In this document: in pieces, positions 25,417 to 38,597 of the stretch | Position numbering within the stretch: the stretch's first letter is position 1 | Layout of the letters: each line of letters opens with the position of its first letter | Origin: Octopus sinensis | Lineage: Eukaryota | Direction: 5' to 3' | Length of the DNA: 64,000 bases | Assembly (NCBI RefSeq): GCF_006345805.1 | Contig: NC_043019.1 | Coordinates: forward strand, 25,543,360-25,607,359 | Translations under genes and position numbers: made by a program | Notes under the pieces: model-generated | What the model saw: the letters and a program-made list of their open reading frames with translations, nothing else | Database searches by the model: none | What the model was told of the DNA's origin: nothing

Positions 25417-26049
25417 CTTATGTATAAATGTATGTGTGCCAGTATTTATCTATATCCGATTGATGTTAGAGAATTAGACGAAAACAATACCCTAACAAAG
25501 TTTAACTTCTGTCGGATGATCCACTTGACCGATATTGGGAATCATCCCTACGCGATATCCAGTTGATTCATAGTAGGGCATAAACTGGATATAATAAACC
25601 GACGAATCCTTAAAAAGGTTGACGGCAGCAGACTCGTGATTGGTTGAATGCCAGACGCTAGACAGAAGCTAGAGGAAAACTTATGATTAGTTGGATATCT
25701 ATTTGCGTCATATTACACTCGGGCTTAAGCCATAAATCACCAGAAAAACAATAATAGTGGATAACGCTGCCATTTTAAATCTTTTAGCGATAGGAAGTTA
25801 CCACTAGCAACTTCCGCCTGTAGTAAAGAAAGATGACAGTGTATTAGCCGTAATAAGTGAAAGTTAAGAAAAAAGGTTAGGTACGACCAAACAAAGCAGC
25901 AAATTAAGATGACAAAGAAGAGAGATGACGGTGAGAATAGCTACGATTTTGAGAATCCAACAAAAATCGAATAATAAGCATTACAGAAATGGAATTTTAT
26001 GTTGATTCTTTTCTTTTGCGTTAATTGTTCCTTTCAACCTTAAAGTAGA

Positions 26050-27340
26050 AAAATCCTGTCATTGTTACCTCTTGTCAACTGCTTGGCCAGGTTGGAGCGC
26101 TTGGCACCTAGAATGTCGTCAGGAGCTCACAGAACTCTACAAGTCGGGCAATATGATCGGTTGAAGTTCCACTTTAGCAATATTTAGAGAATTAGTGGCG
26201 GAAAAGTGTGACGACCTTTTCGGGAGACTTTGGGCGTCGACGAAAGTGTAATGGCTAATCTGTTTCGAAGGTCTTTCCGGTCAGGGATCACTATGGATAA
26301 TTTCCAGATGCCTTTGGTCTGACAGTGCTACCGAGGGGCGATTCCAGTTCGAGATAAACTCTACAGGCACGGATGAGCTGTCAGATGGGTTTGTCCGAGG
26401 TGTGCACAGAGCGATGAAACCGATCTGCATGTGCACCCGTCCAGTGTCCAGGCACTGCTGACCTGTGACGTTATGTCGAAAGCTGCTGTCACGTGTGGGA
26501 CGGATCCATCTGTTGGCCGTTCCATAGTCAGGATTGCCCCATCGATTTTTTTTATCGGGCAGGTAAGGTAGATTTCCTTTGCCTGGTGGCGAAAGAGGTT
26601 ATCCGGTGGACGAGGCTGAAAGAAACGAAGACAGCGACATTCGTCTTTGGTAAAGCCGTCATTGACTTTTTCAAGTTCCACCTGAGAAAAAGAAAATGAG
26701 GGTGGAGAGTGAGGTGCTGTCATCGATTGAATTTATGAAAAGGTGGGTGAAAATTTCGAAAATGGTAAGAGTGGATGGTACTGCTCTGAGTGTAGACCTG
26801 TGATTCGGGGGAAAGGAATTAGAAAGGGTACTTGTGCAAGGCGGCGAGCTGGCAGAAACGTTAGCACGCCGGGCGAAATGCTTAGCGGTATTTCGTCTGC
26901 GTTACGTTGTTAGTTCAAATTCCGCCGAGATCGACTTTGCCTTTCATCCTTTCGGGGTCGATAAATTAAGTACCAGTTACGCACTGGGATCGATGTCTGT
27001 CCTTGTTTGTCCTCTCTGTGTTTAGCCCCTTGTGGGTAATAAAGAAATAGGTACTTGTGCAACGTATTCAGGGTGATCTTGGATTGTGGCGTTCCTCGAT
27101 TATCCTCAGAGATCCTCTTGTACCAGGAGAAACCCATTACTATTACTTTCTTTCTCTTTCTTCTTCTTTATTAGTGCCGTATACTATGTCTGCGTCCCTT
27201 CTTTTAATGTGTATCGCGTACACTTTTCCTTTAACCATTTTCTTTTATCATTCAATTATTTATAAACCCCAACACTTTATGTCTGTCTTTGTATTGTCCT
27301 CCTCATCCTTCGCCATGATGGCAAACAAAAAGAAGTGCTT
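26050..27340 (+). mobile_element. 5'-truncated L1/Tx1-like LINE (C-terminus and 3' UTR)
   Basis: CYRGAIPVRDKLYRHG...CPRCAQSDETDLH zinc knuckle, then AKEVIRWTRLK...IDFFKFHL...FMKRWVK...VRVDGTAL. The UTR ends in (ATT)n. Confidence 0.85.
26840..27049 (+). mobile_element. SINE family 1 with 13-bp TSD, nested in the Tx1 3' UTR
   Basis: GGTACTTGTGCAA at 26827-26839 and 27050-27062. Confidence 0.95.
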
Positions 27341-27349
27341 ATTATTATT

Positions 27350-27625
27350 AGTATAAAAAGGTATTATAAAAGGACAAAGGGGCTCTCTACCCACCTTTTG
27401 ACCAGGCTCCCGTGGCTTTTATGGGTTTTTCCACGAGTAACCTTTCGAAGCGCCTCCCCATATAGGGAGTTTCAACTGTTATATTTTCGTTGTTATCTCT
27501 GGAATTTTTACACGGTTTTTTGCAAACGGACAAAACCCTTTGTAACTTTCGTCCTGTGGTTTCTCCCTTTATGTTTTGATTAATTTTTGTCAGCCCTTGT
27601 GGCCAATAAACAAATTAATTATTAT
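27350..27625 (+). mobile_element. Probable second LINE 3' UTR ending in AATAAA-(ATT)n
   Basis: Ends CAGCCCTTGTGGCCAATAAACAAATTAATTATT, in tandem behind the Tx1 tail. Non-coding, so the family is inferred from position only. Confidence 0.45.
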
Positions 27626-27702
27626 TATTATTGTTGTTGTTGTTGTTGTTGTTGTTGTTATTATTATTATTATTAATATCATCATCATCATCATCATCAT
27701 CA

Positions 27703-27755
<53 letters not shown>

Positions 27756-28559
27756 GTCATCGTCGTCGTCGTCGTCGTAACAATAGCATTTACTTGTCGC
27801 TGTGACTGATATTGCTACTAGGGTGAAAATCGGACGAAACTCCCTTGTGATATTTGTTCCACCCCATAGAGTTCTGTGCTCAAATCCTGCCGAGGTGACC
27901 GTTGACATTTTTTGACTGACATCTCCACAACTGACATCGATTTCATTGATTGTAACATACCCCCACCCCTTCTCAAATATCAATATTATTATTGCTGGCG
28001 TCGGTGTTTTTGTTTTTGTTAATCAGCAGCAGCAGCAGCAGCAGCCAGTAATACCAGCGTTGCAGATGAAACAACGTTGCCGTAGTAACGTTGCAGCAGC
28101 AGCAGCAACCGTAGAAGAACAGAGTAGTAGTAGTAGTAGCGGCAGTAGTCGTAGTAGCAGCAGCAGTAGTAGTTGCCCGGGTGGTGGTGGTGGTAGTAGT
28201 TGTAGCAATAGTGGTGGTAGGGTAGTAATAGTGATCGTGATAGTAATAGTGGTATAGTGTTAGTGGTGGTCGAGGTAGTAGTAGTAGTAGTAGTTGTAGT
28301 AGTAGTAGTAGTAGTAGTAGTAGATCTGTTATTAAAGTGACGTTAGTCGTTTTTTTGTGTGAGTCGTTTCAAAATTAAATTAAATTCCATTTACCTTTTG
28401 TATGTTAAGTTTAATTGAAATGTAATCAGCAGCAGGTGTGAACATTCACCTACATTCACCTGGCATGTTTGTGTATAGACGTGGAATGGCGCATACAGGT
28501 GGAAATACATACATGCATATATATGTACCCATATTATACCTTACATCATGTGTATATAT

Positions 28560-28597
<38 letters not shown>

Positions 28598-28773
28598 GTA
28601 TATATAAAATCGATGAATGAACCGGAAGATGGATTTGGTATTAGTCTTTATTCAGTACAAATTACACATACACATCAAATATATTGTTTATATATTTATA
28701 TATATGTATATACATATATTATATAATATATATATAATCTATGTATAATGTATGTATGTATTATGTTATATGT

Positions 28774-28825
<52 letters not shown>

Positions 28826-28972
28826 TAATTGTAAGGGCTTATAAAAAATTTTCTAGCCTATATGCTGAGCAATAGACGCTAAGCGAGTGATTACTGTATA
28901 TGTATGTATGTATGTATGCAGGTATGTATGTATATAGACACACACACACACACACACATACACACACACACA

Positions 28973-30019
28973 CAGTAATCACTCGCTATATGGTGCTTCA
29001 CCTATCGCGCCCTCAGTACATCGCAGATTTTTCTGGCTAATGTATGTAAATTTATGGGGCGGCGGCGAGCTGGCAGAAACGTTAGCACGCCGGGCGAAAT
29101 GCGTAGCCGTATTTTGTCTGCCGTTTCGTTCTGAGTTCAAATTCCGCCGAGGTTGACTTTGCCTTTCATCCTTTGGAGGTCTACTAAATATGTACCAGTA
29201 ACGCACTGGGGCCGATGTAATTGACTTAATCCCCTTGCCTGTCTTTGTTCGATTCCTCAATGTTTATCCCCCTGTGACCAATAAAGAAATAAATATATGA
29301 AAATTTATATCGCAGACCCTTCAGTATATCGCGGGTTTCTGCGGCCTATAGGTGTTTTTTAGATTTTGATTATTTCTGTGGTAAAATAAGCATTTTCACG
29401 ACTATAAATTGATAAATCAATAAATAAAAATACAGTACAGTTACTGTACTGTATAACACAGTAGTTAAGATATATCAAAAGAAAATACGTAGGGTACCGT
29501 AGATGAGTAAGCAAAGCATCTCTCATACTGTATGGAAAATGAAACTCGGGAGGCGAGTGTATGGTACTGTTTTGCATTTGTGTGTAAAACTGTGAATTTT
29601 TTTCAAGCCCTATGATATTGCCCAAACGTTCTGCACCTTCTAAGGCTCTAGAAAAAAACGGCAAAAGAACTTCAGAAAATTGCAGGAGATTGGAACCTAA
29701 GATGATTGGTGCGTTGCAGTTCAGAAATGAAATCGACGGAACCATGGAAGTTTATAAAAACCTCCTTACACAGAGGGCAAGGCAATGCCACCAACTGTAC
29801 ATCACTATGTTCCTCACCCGCAAAAAAAAAAGAGAAGACACGGATGCTCCTACGAGTATGGGAGAAATTTATACAAGCTTAAATATATAAAAATAATAAA
29901 ACGAATATATACAAATTTTAAAAATAATTTTTAAAAATATACAGTACAGTACTGTTTCTACTTCTCGGATATTCACCTATCGCGGGGTGTTTTGGGACGT
30001 ACAGCCGCGATAGTCGATG
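28973..30019 (+). mobile_element. Non-autonomous Tigger/pogo-like transposon
   Basis: CAGTAATC...TTCACCTATCGCG termini. Internal FRNEIDGTMEVYKNLL...QLYITMFL resembles a Tigger C-terminus. Confidence 0.75.
29056..29295 (+). mobile_element. SINE family 1 nested in Tigger, with TSD
   Basis: TATGTAAATTTAT (29043-29055) versus TATGAAAATTTAT (29296-29308). Confidence 0.92.
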
Positions 30020-30104
30020 TATGTATGTATATGTATATTTCACTTAGGCATTGCGAGAATAATAACCTGGTGTAGAACTTAATATACGTATGTTTATATG
30101 TTTA

Positions 30105-30800
30105 CGAGGGGGTATCAAAAGGTTCCATGACTAGTTCTCTAGCGCGCCAACAGATGGCAGCACACGGTTGTGTGCTCAATGGGAGCTAGCAGTGACCTTC
30201 ATGAGGCAGTGTGCCGAGTGCCATCATTGCGTTTACTTCGCAAGTTGTGAAGTTTGTGTATTTGTACACTTGTGTATGCTGTAGTCTGCGATTTTGTTAT
30301 GGACAGGAACAAAGAGCCAACGTGAAATTTGGCGTAAAACTTGGGAAGTCTGCTGTAGAGAGATTGAGCATGCTTCAGGAAACATAAGGCAACGAGGCAG
30401 TGGGTCTTACGCAATGTTTTGAGTTGCATGGGCGTTTCAAATACGTAAGAACATGCCACGAGCATCACTCCCGGAAACGTGGTATTCCTCGTCCTCCGGA
30501 GCCAGACTGTGAATCGATAGTTTCACTGCGATGTTTTGAAGCGCTTGATGAAGGATATTCGGCGGAAGCAACCAGATCTGTGGAGCATGAAGAATTAGAT
30601 TCTTCACGCCATCAATACACCCTACCATCGAGCTATCCTCACTCGTACGTTTCTCACCAAAAAACAACATGATATCGCTCCAGCATCCGCTCTATTCACC
30701 AGATTTATCACCAGTGGACTTACATCTTTTCCCCAAGATGAAATACAGCTCAAGGGTCACCGTTTTAACACCGTTGTCAAGACTGAGCGAATCACAGAAT
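30105..30800 (+). mobile_element. Internally deleted mariner remnant
   Basis: TA|CGAGGGGGTATCAAAA TIR. Translation pieces: EQRANVKF-VKLGKSA, and DVLKRL...QHPLYSPDLSPVDLHLFPKMK. Confidence 0.9.
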
Positions 30801-30829
30801 TGCCCTCCATAAAATGATACTTTAATGAT

Positions 30830-31172
30830 CGACCCCCGAATGGGTGAAAAGAAGAGGTGACCGCGGTGGGATTCGAACCTAGAACTGAATAAGCAGTAAA
30901 TACGTAGAGTGAGGCTTTTCGTCCGACTTTCTGACGATTCTGCCAATAATTCACCGCTATTTATATTGATTTCAAATTTCGCCACAAGGCCAGCAATTTC
31001 AGGAATCAAGTCGATTACAAAGATCTTAGCGTTCAACTGGTACTTTGTTTATCGGCCCCGAAAGGATGAAAGGCAAAGTCGACTTCGGCGGAATTTGAAC
31101 TCAGAGCGATTAGACGGACTAAATGCCGCTACGCATTTTCGTCGATATGCTAACGATTTCTCCATCGCCGCC
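30830..31172 (-). mobile_element. Two adjacent family-1 SINE remnants
   Basis: Central blocks and heads at about 30830-30958 and 30965-31172. Confidence 0.75.
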
Positions 31173-31452
31173 ATTTATATCACTGTAAACCAAGTTTAAA
31201 GAGAAACTTAATGGATTTCTGTTTGAACAGACATTCTTACGGCATGGTAAGTCACACACACACACACACAAACATACACACACACACATACACGCACACA
31301 CACACACACACATGCACACACGCACACTCTCTCTTATTCTCTCTCACACACGCACATAAATACATGATATATATTATGCTACAAATACGTATATGTGTAT
31401 GTTTATATAAACATACTCATATATACACATATACATTCATTCACGCATACAC

Positions 31453-31511
<59 letters not shown>

Positions 31512-31663
31512 TATGTATATACACACAACACATATATATATATACATATATACAAAAAGTATATATATGTATGCATATATATATATATATATTATATATA
31601 TATATATTATATATATATGTATGTATATATGTATGTATGTATGTATGTATGCATGCATGTATG

Positions 31664-31697
<34 letters not shown>

Positions 31698-31823
31698 TGT
31701 ATGTATGTATGTATGTATGTATGTATGTATGTATCGATCTTCACTCCACACACACAGCAAAAAATTGATTATAAAGAAACAATAAATGTTAATGTTTAAC
31801 CTCTTCAAGAAACGGCAATAAAT

Positions 31824-31991
31824 CAAGAAGAAGAAGAAGAAGAAGAAGAAGAAGAAGAAGAAGGAGGAGGAAGGGGAGGAGGAGGAGGAGGAGGAGGAGG
31901 AGGAGGAAGAAGAAGGAGAAGAAGAAGAGAAGAAGAGAAGAAGAAGAAGAAGAAGAAGAAGAAGAAGAAGAAGAAGAAGAAGAAGAAGAAA
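31824..31991. repeat. (GAA)n/(GGA)n purine tract
   Basis: Direct inspection. Confidence 0.95.
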
Positions 31992-32248
31992 GATATAGAC
32001 ATTTTAATCGGATTAACCCTTTTCTGAACGAACAAAAACATGGTCCCTGTCAAAACTGTACAGTTCTGACAATTTTTAAGATTGGCCCGGGATATTGAAC
32101 CCAGAGAGATTTTATTGATAGTTTTGAAAAATTTTATATTATAAAGGAGGAAAAAAAAAGCATTTAACCTGAAAGAAATAGGATAAAGAGATGAGAAAAA
32201 TATCGGAGAAGAAAATACAAGACAATCGATTAGAGAAGTTCAATAAAT

Positions 32249-32289
<41 letters not shown>

Positions 32290-32558
32290 TTATTATGTAT
32301 GTATGTATGAAAAATAGATGGCGCTGTCGTCGCAATGTCTGATATATGGGACGGAGATTGACAATTTAACTTTCAATATTTCAAAAGCACGTATTATATT
32401 TGAAGAAACGAAAAAAAATTGTTCGTATTGAAACATAAGATGGCGATTCTAAGCTACTTGATAAAACGTTAATCTGATTTACAGCCTCCTCTTCTTTTTC
32501 CGCCCCTCCTCGTATATGAGACAAGCGGGTTGATATCGGCAGATTGTTTTGCCAAGCA

Positions 32559-32600
<42 letters not shown>

Positions 32601-32749
32601 AAGTTATGGTATATTCCGTTAAGAACGTAATAGAGTACAGTGTATATCTCGTTCACCTTCAGAATTACTCTGTGCTATCCGGTAGTAGTATTATACATAT
32701 TTCCAAGTTTGCAATTGGGCTTTCATCATGTGTGATTCCAATTTCTTTA

Positions 32750-32795
<46 letters not shown>

Positions 32796-32867
32796 AATAC
32801 GTATATATGTATACATTTACACAGTAAGACACGCTCACGTGCGCACGAGCGCGTACATACATTTCAG

Positions 32868-32904
32868 TGCCGATGCGACGAACTTTCTGACTTTGTGTTA
32901 CTTG
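32868..32904 (+). CDS. Candidate 37-bp exon 3 (CRCDELSDFVLL)
   Basis: ATTTCAG| acceptor, TTG|GTAAGT donor. Phase 0 in, phase 1 out, which fits the chain. Confidence 0.42.
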
Positions 32905-33061
32905 GTAAGTTTTACTGATGAAAAATAATAATAAAAACAATACATGCATATATATTTATGTACATATATACGACATACATGCATAACGAACACAAACACA
33001 AACATAACTATCTACCTATCAATCTCTCTCTCTCTCTCTCCCTCTCTCTTTCCCTCAGTGT

Positions 33062-33118
<57 letters not shown>

Positions 33119-33254
33119 AAGTTTTATTTATATTTCCTGAGCGCCATACTAATACAATTGTTTGTTTGTATTCCACCTGCCTTCGTCTTTTATTTATTTC
33201 CGTAAACCTGCCTTCGTCTTTTGTCTATTTTCATAAAGCTTCCCTATATATATA

Positions 33255-33655
33255 GGCGCAGGAGTGGCTGTGTGGTAAGTAGCTTGCTAACCAACCACAT
33301 GGTTCCGGGTTCAGTCCCACTGCGTGGCATCTTGGGCAAGTGTCTTCTGCTATAGCCTCGGGCCGACCAAAGCCTTGTGAGTGGATTTGGTAGACGGAAA
33401 CTGAAAGAAACCTGTCGTATATATGTATGTGTATGTGTATATGTTTGTGTGTCTGTGTTTGTCCTCCTAGCATTGCTTGACAACCGAAGCTGGTGTGTTT
33501 ACGTCCCCGTCACTTAGGGGTTCGGCAAAAGAGACCGATTGAATAAGTACTGGGCTTACAAAGAATAAGTCCCGGGGTCGATTTGCTCGACTAAAGGCAG
33601 TGCTCCAGCATGGCCGCAGTCAAATGACTGAAACAAGTAAAAGAGTAAAAGAGTA
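33255..33655 (+). mobile_element. SINE family 2, full length
   Basis: Colinear with 6245-6653. Confidence 0.93.
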
Positions 33656-34098
33656 AGGAGTATATACGTACAGACAAGCATTTATTGTATGACAAAATAT
33701 TTATAATATATTTAGTATATTTTATATTTTGCTGCATATTTCTCGAACATTCAACAAGCTATAAATCCATAATCCGACTTGGATTGCAAACTCAATGAAT
33801 GCGTTAATGTTTTGAATTCCTAAAATACATAAATGTTGAACGCGATGGAGTTTCGATTACATAAAGAGATCTCTAGGAATGGAAGTTATGTTTTATATAA
33901 AGTTCTTTGCGAGAAAATTGGAATAAAATATGGAATAAAATTTCATCGATACACCTTAACAATGACCTAGCTTAGATGGATGTATGTATGTATGTATGTA
34001 TGTATGTATGTATGTATGTATGTATGTATGTATGTGTGTGTGTGTGTATGTATGTATATATGTATGTATATATGTATGTGTGTATGCATGTATGTATG

Positions 34099-34129
<31 letters not shown>

Positions 34130-34390
34130 GCATGTATGTATGTATGTATGTAGTGTGTATGTATGTATGTATGCATGTATGTATGTATGCATGTATGTAT
34201 GTATGTATATTCTGGAAGAATTTAGTTTATTTTTTTAAAGTCTTCAGCAAGAAATCTTGCTATAGTTTGAGGGCAGCAGAAATCAATATAGGATCAATAT
34301 ACAAAATAAATAGATGACATGAAATTGGATTATACTGTACATATGTCATTATACATATATATCTTTGTCCCAAAGAAAATATTTATTCGT

Positions 34391-34459
<69 letters not shown>

Positions 34460-34483
34460 TGTATGTATGTATGTATGTATGTA

Positions 34484-34531
<48 letters not shown>

Positions 34532-34636
34532 GCAAGACTAAGAGTAGATGTGATGGTTTTATTTTTATTCCTTCATTACAATCGTTTCAACACTAATGGT
34601 TCAAATGCTCCATCAATTAACGATTGTGTAAATTTG

Positions 34637-34850
34637 GTTTCAAACTTTGGCACAAGGCCGACAATTTCGTGGGAGTTGGGTAAGTCGATCACATCAACAC
34701 CAATGCTTGACTGGTGCTTATTTTATCGATTCCGAAAGGATGAAAAGCAAAGTCAACCTCGGCGGGATTTGAACTCAGAAGGTAAAGACGGACGAAATGC
34801 CGCCAAGCACTTTACCCTGCGTGCTAACGATTCTGCCAGATCACCGCCTT
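34637..34850 (-). mobile_element. SINE family 1 (tail B)
   Basis: Diagnostic head and central block. Confidence 0.88.
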
Positions 34851-34929
34851 ATGATTGTGTAATATCAAAAAAAGTACAGGCAATCCGTGGACATATTAAC
34901 CTTATATGTGTGTATGATTTGTATATGTG

Positions 34930-34960
<31 letters not shown>

Positions 34961-35063
34961 CACACACACACACCATGTATGTATAGATTGTTTGAGATAG
35001 TGTACAGATTTTATGCGTTAAGAGAAAGGAAGTTGTCTGAATTATTGGAAATTATTTATTTAG

Positions 35064-35128
35064 CGCTTTCATCTCTCTTCGAGAGAATCACCATGAATGA
35101 TTCTCCAGAAAAGAGACCAAAACGCTAA
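35064..35128 (+). CDS. Candidate terminal coding exon (ALSSLFERITMNDSPEKRPKR*)
   Basis: TTATTTATTTAG| acceptor. Phase 1 entry matches exon 3, and the frame ends in TAA at 35126-35128. Confidence 0.35.
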
Positions 35129-35495
35129 ATCGCTTTTCTAACCAGGCTTCTGTGCTGAGCTAGATATAAACATTACCGTTCCGCATTAATACCGCTTCCG
35201 TCACTAATAATTAATTATTAAGAAGCCTGCGGGCTATTTGCGTCATCACTATCTGAAAAGATGTTGGTATATTCTATATATCGTAGCAACGATATTTGAC
35301 AGCCATGCGGTGAACGGCACACTTCCCACTAACACGGTCAGTCGACCGAAATCACGTGATCTGGGAATTCCGGCGGCCATGACAGACGATTCCCGTCTGT
35401 CACGGGTGTGCGTATTTGTGCACCAAATACCTTTATGAGAAGACTTCTTAAGGATAATAATGCAGTATACAGTGCTCTATCAAAACGCTCACGTT

Positions 35496-35545
35496 AAGAT
35501 AATAATAATAATAATAATTAATAATAGTAATTAATAATAATAATG

Positions 35546-35597
<52 letters not shown>

Positions 35598-35599
35598 TG

Positions 35600-35633
<34 letters not shown>

Positions 35634-35638
35634 TGATG

Positions 35639-35676
<38 letters not shown>

Positions 35677-35743
35677 TAATAATAGTAATTAATAATAATA
35701 ATGATGATAATATTAATAATAGTAATTAATAATAATAATGATG

Positions 35744-35789
<46 letters not shown>

Positions 35790-35800
35790 TAATAATGATA

Positions 35801-35835
<35 letters not shown>

Positions 35836-35845
35836 TAATAATAAT

Positions 35846-35878
<33 letters not shown>

Positions 35879-35905
35879 TAATAATAGTAATTAATAATAA
35901 TAATG

Positions 35906-35961
<56 letters not shown>
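35496..35961. repeat. (AAT)n microsatellite with higher-order AATTAATAATAGTAATT duplications
   Basis: Direct inspection. Confidence 0.95.
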
Positions 35962-35963
<2 letters not shown>

Positions 35964-37230
35964 AGCCGGGTAGGCTGTACTGGTTAGCCTTGGGTGGTAA
36001 GCAGCCTAAGAGAAGGAACACTCCAGGCCCCAAACCAGGGGAGCAAGGACCCTGCTGCTTTGGCGGACTACCTTGAGAGAGATGGTGTCTCGAGAGAAAT
36101 CCCGGTTGGTAGTAACCTAAAAACACACCTCATTTGTGAGTGAAAATGCTAAGCAAAATAAATGACGATAACGGTGTAAAGGTGAAGGTGCCGCACCCAG
36201 CAGGTGCCGCACCCTTGTACTAGTTAAATACTGCAATGGGCACGCAAACGCAAGTAGTCTGTTGATATGAACCAAAAGGCGATCCAGTGCCATGAACAAG
36301 CCTTGACAGACAAGAACAATAGCAAATGTAAAGATGTCGGAAAAAGATCATTAGAACTCTGAATCCAGCTGGGTATGTTCCAGATTACTGAAAATGGATT
36401 TATGAATCAGATAAGAATAATTCGAAATAGAGGCTTTCTTAATGAAGCCCTGATTCAGACAGCCTCTGTAGTGGTGGGAATCTTGAAGAGAATAACGTAG
36501 GAGAAAATCAGCGAATGCGTAGCCAAGGTGAAGTTGTAGCGGGGGAGAGACCGGCCAATCAATATAATGTAGAAAACCCTGAAATAAGCGAGGATATGAC
36601 TGAGGAACAGAGAAACTTCAGGAATAGACTCAAGGGTAATATAATAATTACAAGAACAGAGACTAAGCCGGCCAATCTAAGAAGCTTCAACCGTAATAAT
36701 GTGAAACGCGCAACTGAAAAAGTTGATGAGATTCTGAAATACATTCTGACAAAAGATCTAATGGAAACAAGGGACTTGATCAGAACCGCTTCAGTTTTAA
36801 TAGGTGAACTAGTTGGAAACGGACAGAAGGAGCCATGGTGGAAGCGGAGAACTGAAGGTGATATTCAATCTTTGCGCAAAGATCTAAGCCGCATAGATGA
36901 GTGGTCCAAGGGGTAATGGAAAAACGGAAAGGAAAACGCAAGGGCGTATCTTGACGCGAAGTACCCAATAGAAAAGAAATGATTCAAAACTTGTCATCGA
37001 AACCCTAAAACAATGTGTACATTAAAGGTGCAGCGCTACACTGATTGCATATTACAGTTCCAGCAAAATCGGTTATTTTCAAAACAACCAGATGCTGTTT
37101 TCTAAGAGTTTAGGAGGACATCCAGAAGATAATACACCTCCCGAAGCGGAAGAAACTCGCCAATTTTGGAATAATATCAGGAGGGAAGAAGTTTCGCACA
37201 TCCACAGTGCTTAGTGGAAACATTCCGTGA
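35962..37230 (+). mobile_element. 5' part of an R4/Dong-like retrotransposon (3'-truncated)
   Basis: ORF 36515-36916 with KEPWWKRRTEGDIQSLRKDLSRI, then QQNRLF...ETRQFW, motifs of the R4-clade pre-RT region. Begins exactly at the end of (AAT)n. Confidence 0.8.
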
Positions 37231-37457
37231 GGTTCGAGCTCCATCATCCGTAGGCTCCACGATAGGACCATACGTGCATAACAACGGAAGATGTTATCGA
37301 CCCTAATACTTACTTGTTGTAAAGCCTGGCATTTATTCTATCGCGGCCCTTTCGACAAACTGCTAAGTTACGAAGACATAGACACACCAATACCGGTTGT
37401 CAAGCGGCAATGGGCTGGGGCGCAAATACAAAGATGCACACACCACACACACACACA

Positions 37458-37510
<53 letters not shown>

Positions 37511-37534
37511 CACATAAATACGCACATGCATATA

Positions 37535-38410
37535 CAGAGGATGCGGTGAAAAAACTATCGTCTAAATTACGCAAAAATGAAAATAACACTGACATCTTAT
37601 TTTAACTGATATATTTACCAAAATTACATAAATATATCTTAAAATACCAAAGAGTAAATTTATTCAATAAAATCTCCATTGGCTTCAACCACAGACCCCA
37701 GACGACTTCGGAACTTCCTGCAAGTCTTCTAGACGGTCTCCTTGTTGAAGCTGGTGAATGCTGCCATAATCCATGCCTTCAGTTCATCTTTGGTGTTACA
37801 AGGAGTTTTGTTGGTCTCTTATTCAACTGCACCCCACACATAATAATCAAAGGGGTTGCAGTCTGGGGAGTTAGGTGGCCAGATGTCAGGGTTGATGTGG
37901 TTGCAGAAATTTTCCGACAGCCATGACTGGGTACGCCTGTTTGTGTTGCACGGTGCAGAGTGCTGTTGCCAGACATAGCGTGTTCCAACAGCCAGCCTCT
38001 TGACCCAGGGCAGCACTACCTCTTCCAGGCACTTGATGTAGGTCTCCATGTTGAGTCTGAGGTCGTGTGTGAAGGTGAATGGAAGCATAACGCTGCCATC
38101 ACTAGTGATCACTCCAAACACCTTTGATGTTGACGGGATGTTTGATTTTTATCACTCTCGGTACATGTCCTAAGATTGACACCCAAACACTCTGAAATGT
38201 TCGTATTGGAGCTTCCAGCGTGAATATCAAGCAGTACAGCATATCGTTTCCAAATTTCTGGCAGAGTGAATTGCGTCATGGTGCTGTTTTTCCCAAAGAT
38301 GGTGCCCAACTGACCCTACTATACTGTGTAATGGACAAAATCAAAAGCAAACAATGCGCACGCACGAAATATAGGTTGTGTCATGGCGACAATTTACCCA
38401 TCGCACTCTG
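37535..38410 (-). mobile_element. Tc1/mariner, DD37D (maT)-like, internally deleted
   Basis: TA-flanked imperfect TIRs starting CAGAG. Translation MFGVITSDG...WQQHSAP...WPPNSPDCNPFDYYVWG...VEANGDFIE. Confidence 0.92.
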
Positions 38411-38437
38411 TATATATACAAACACACAAATACACAC

Positions 38438-38499
<62 letters not shown>

Positions 38500-38518
38500 T
38501 ATATATATATAATATATA

Positions 38519-38597
<79 letters not shown>

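Noticed and set aside
26361-26723. Minus-strand ORF with an apparent splice acceptor (VELEKVNDGFTKDECRC...)
   Set aside because: It is the antisense of the plus-strand Tx1-like ORF2 C-terminus.
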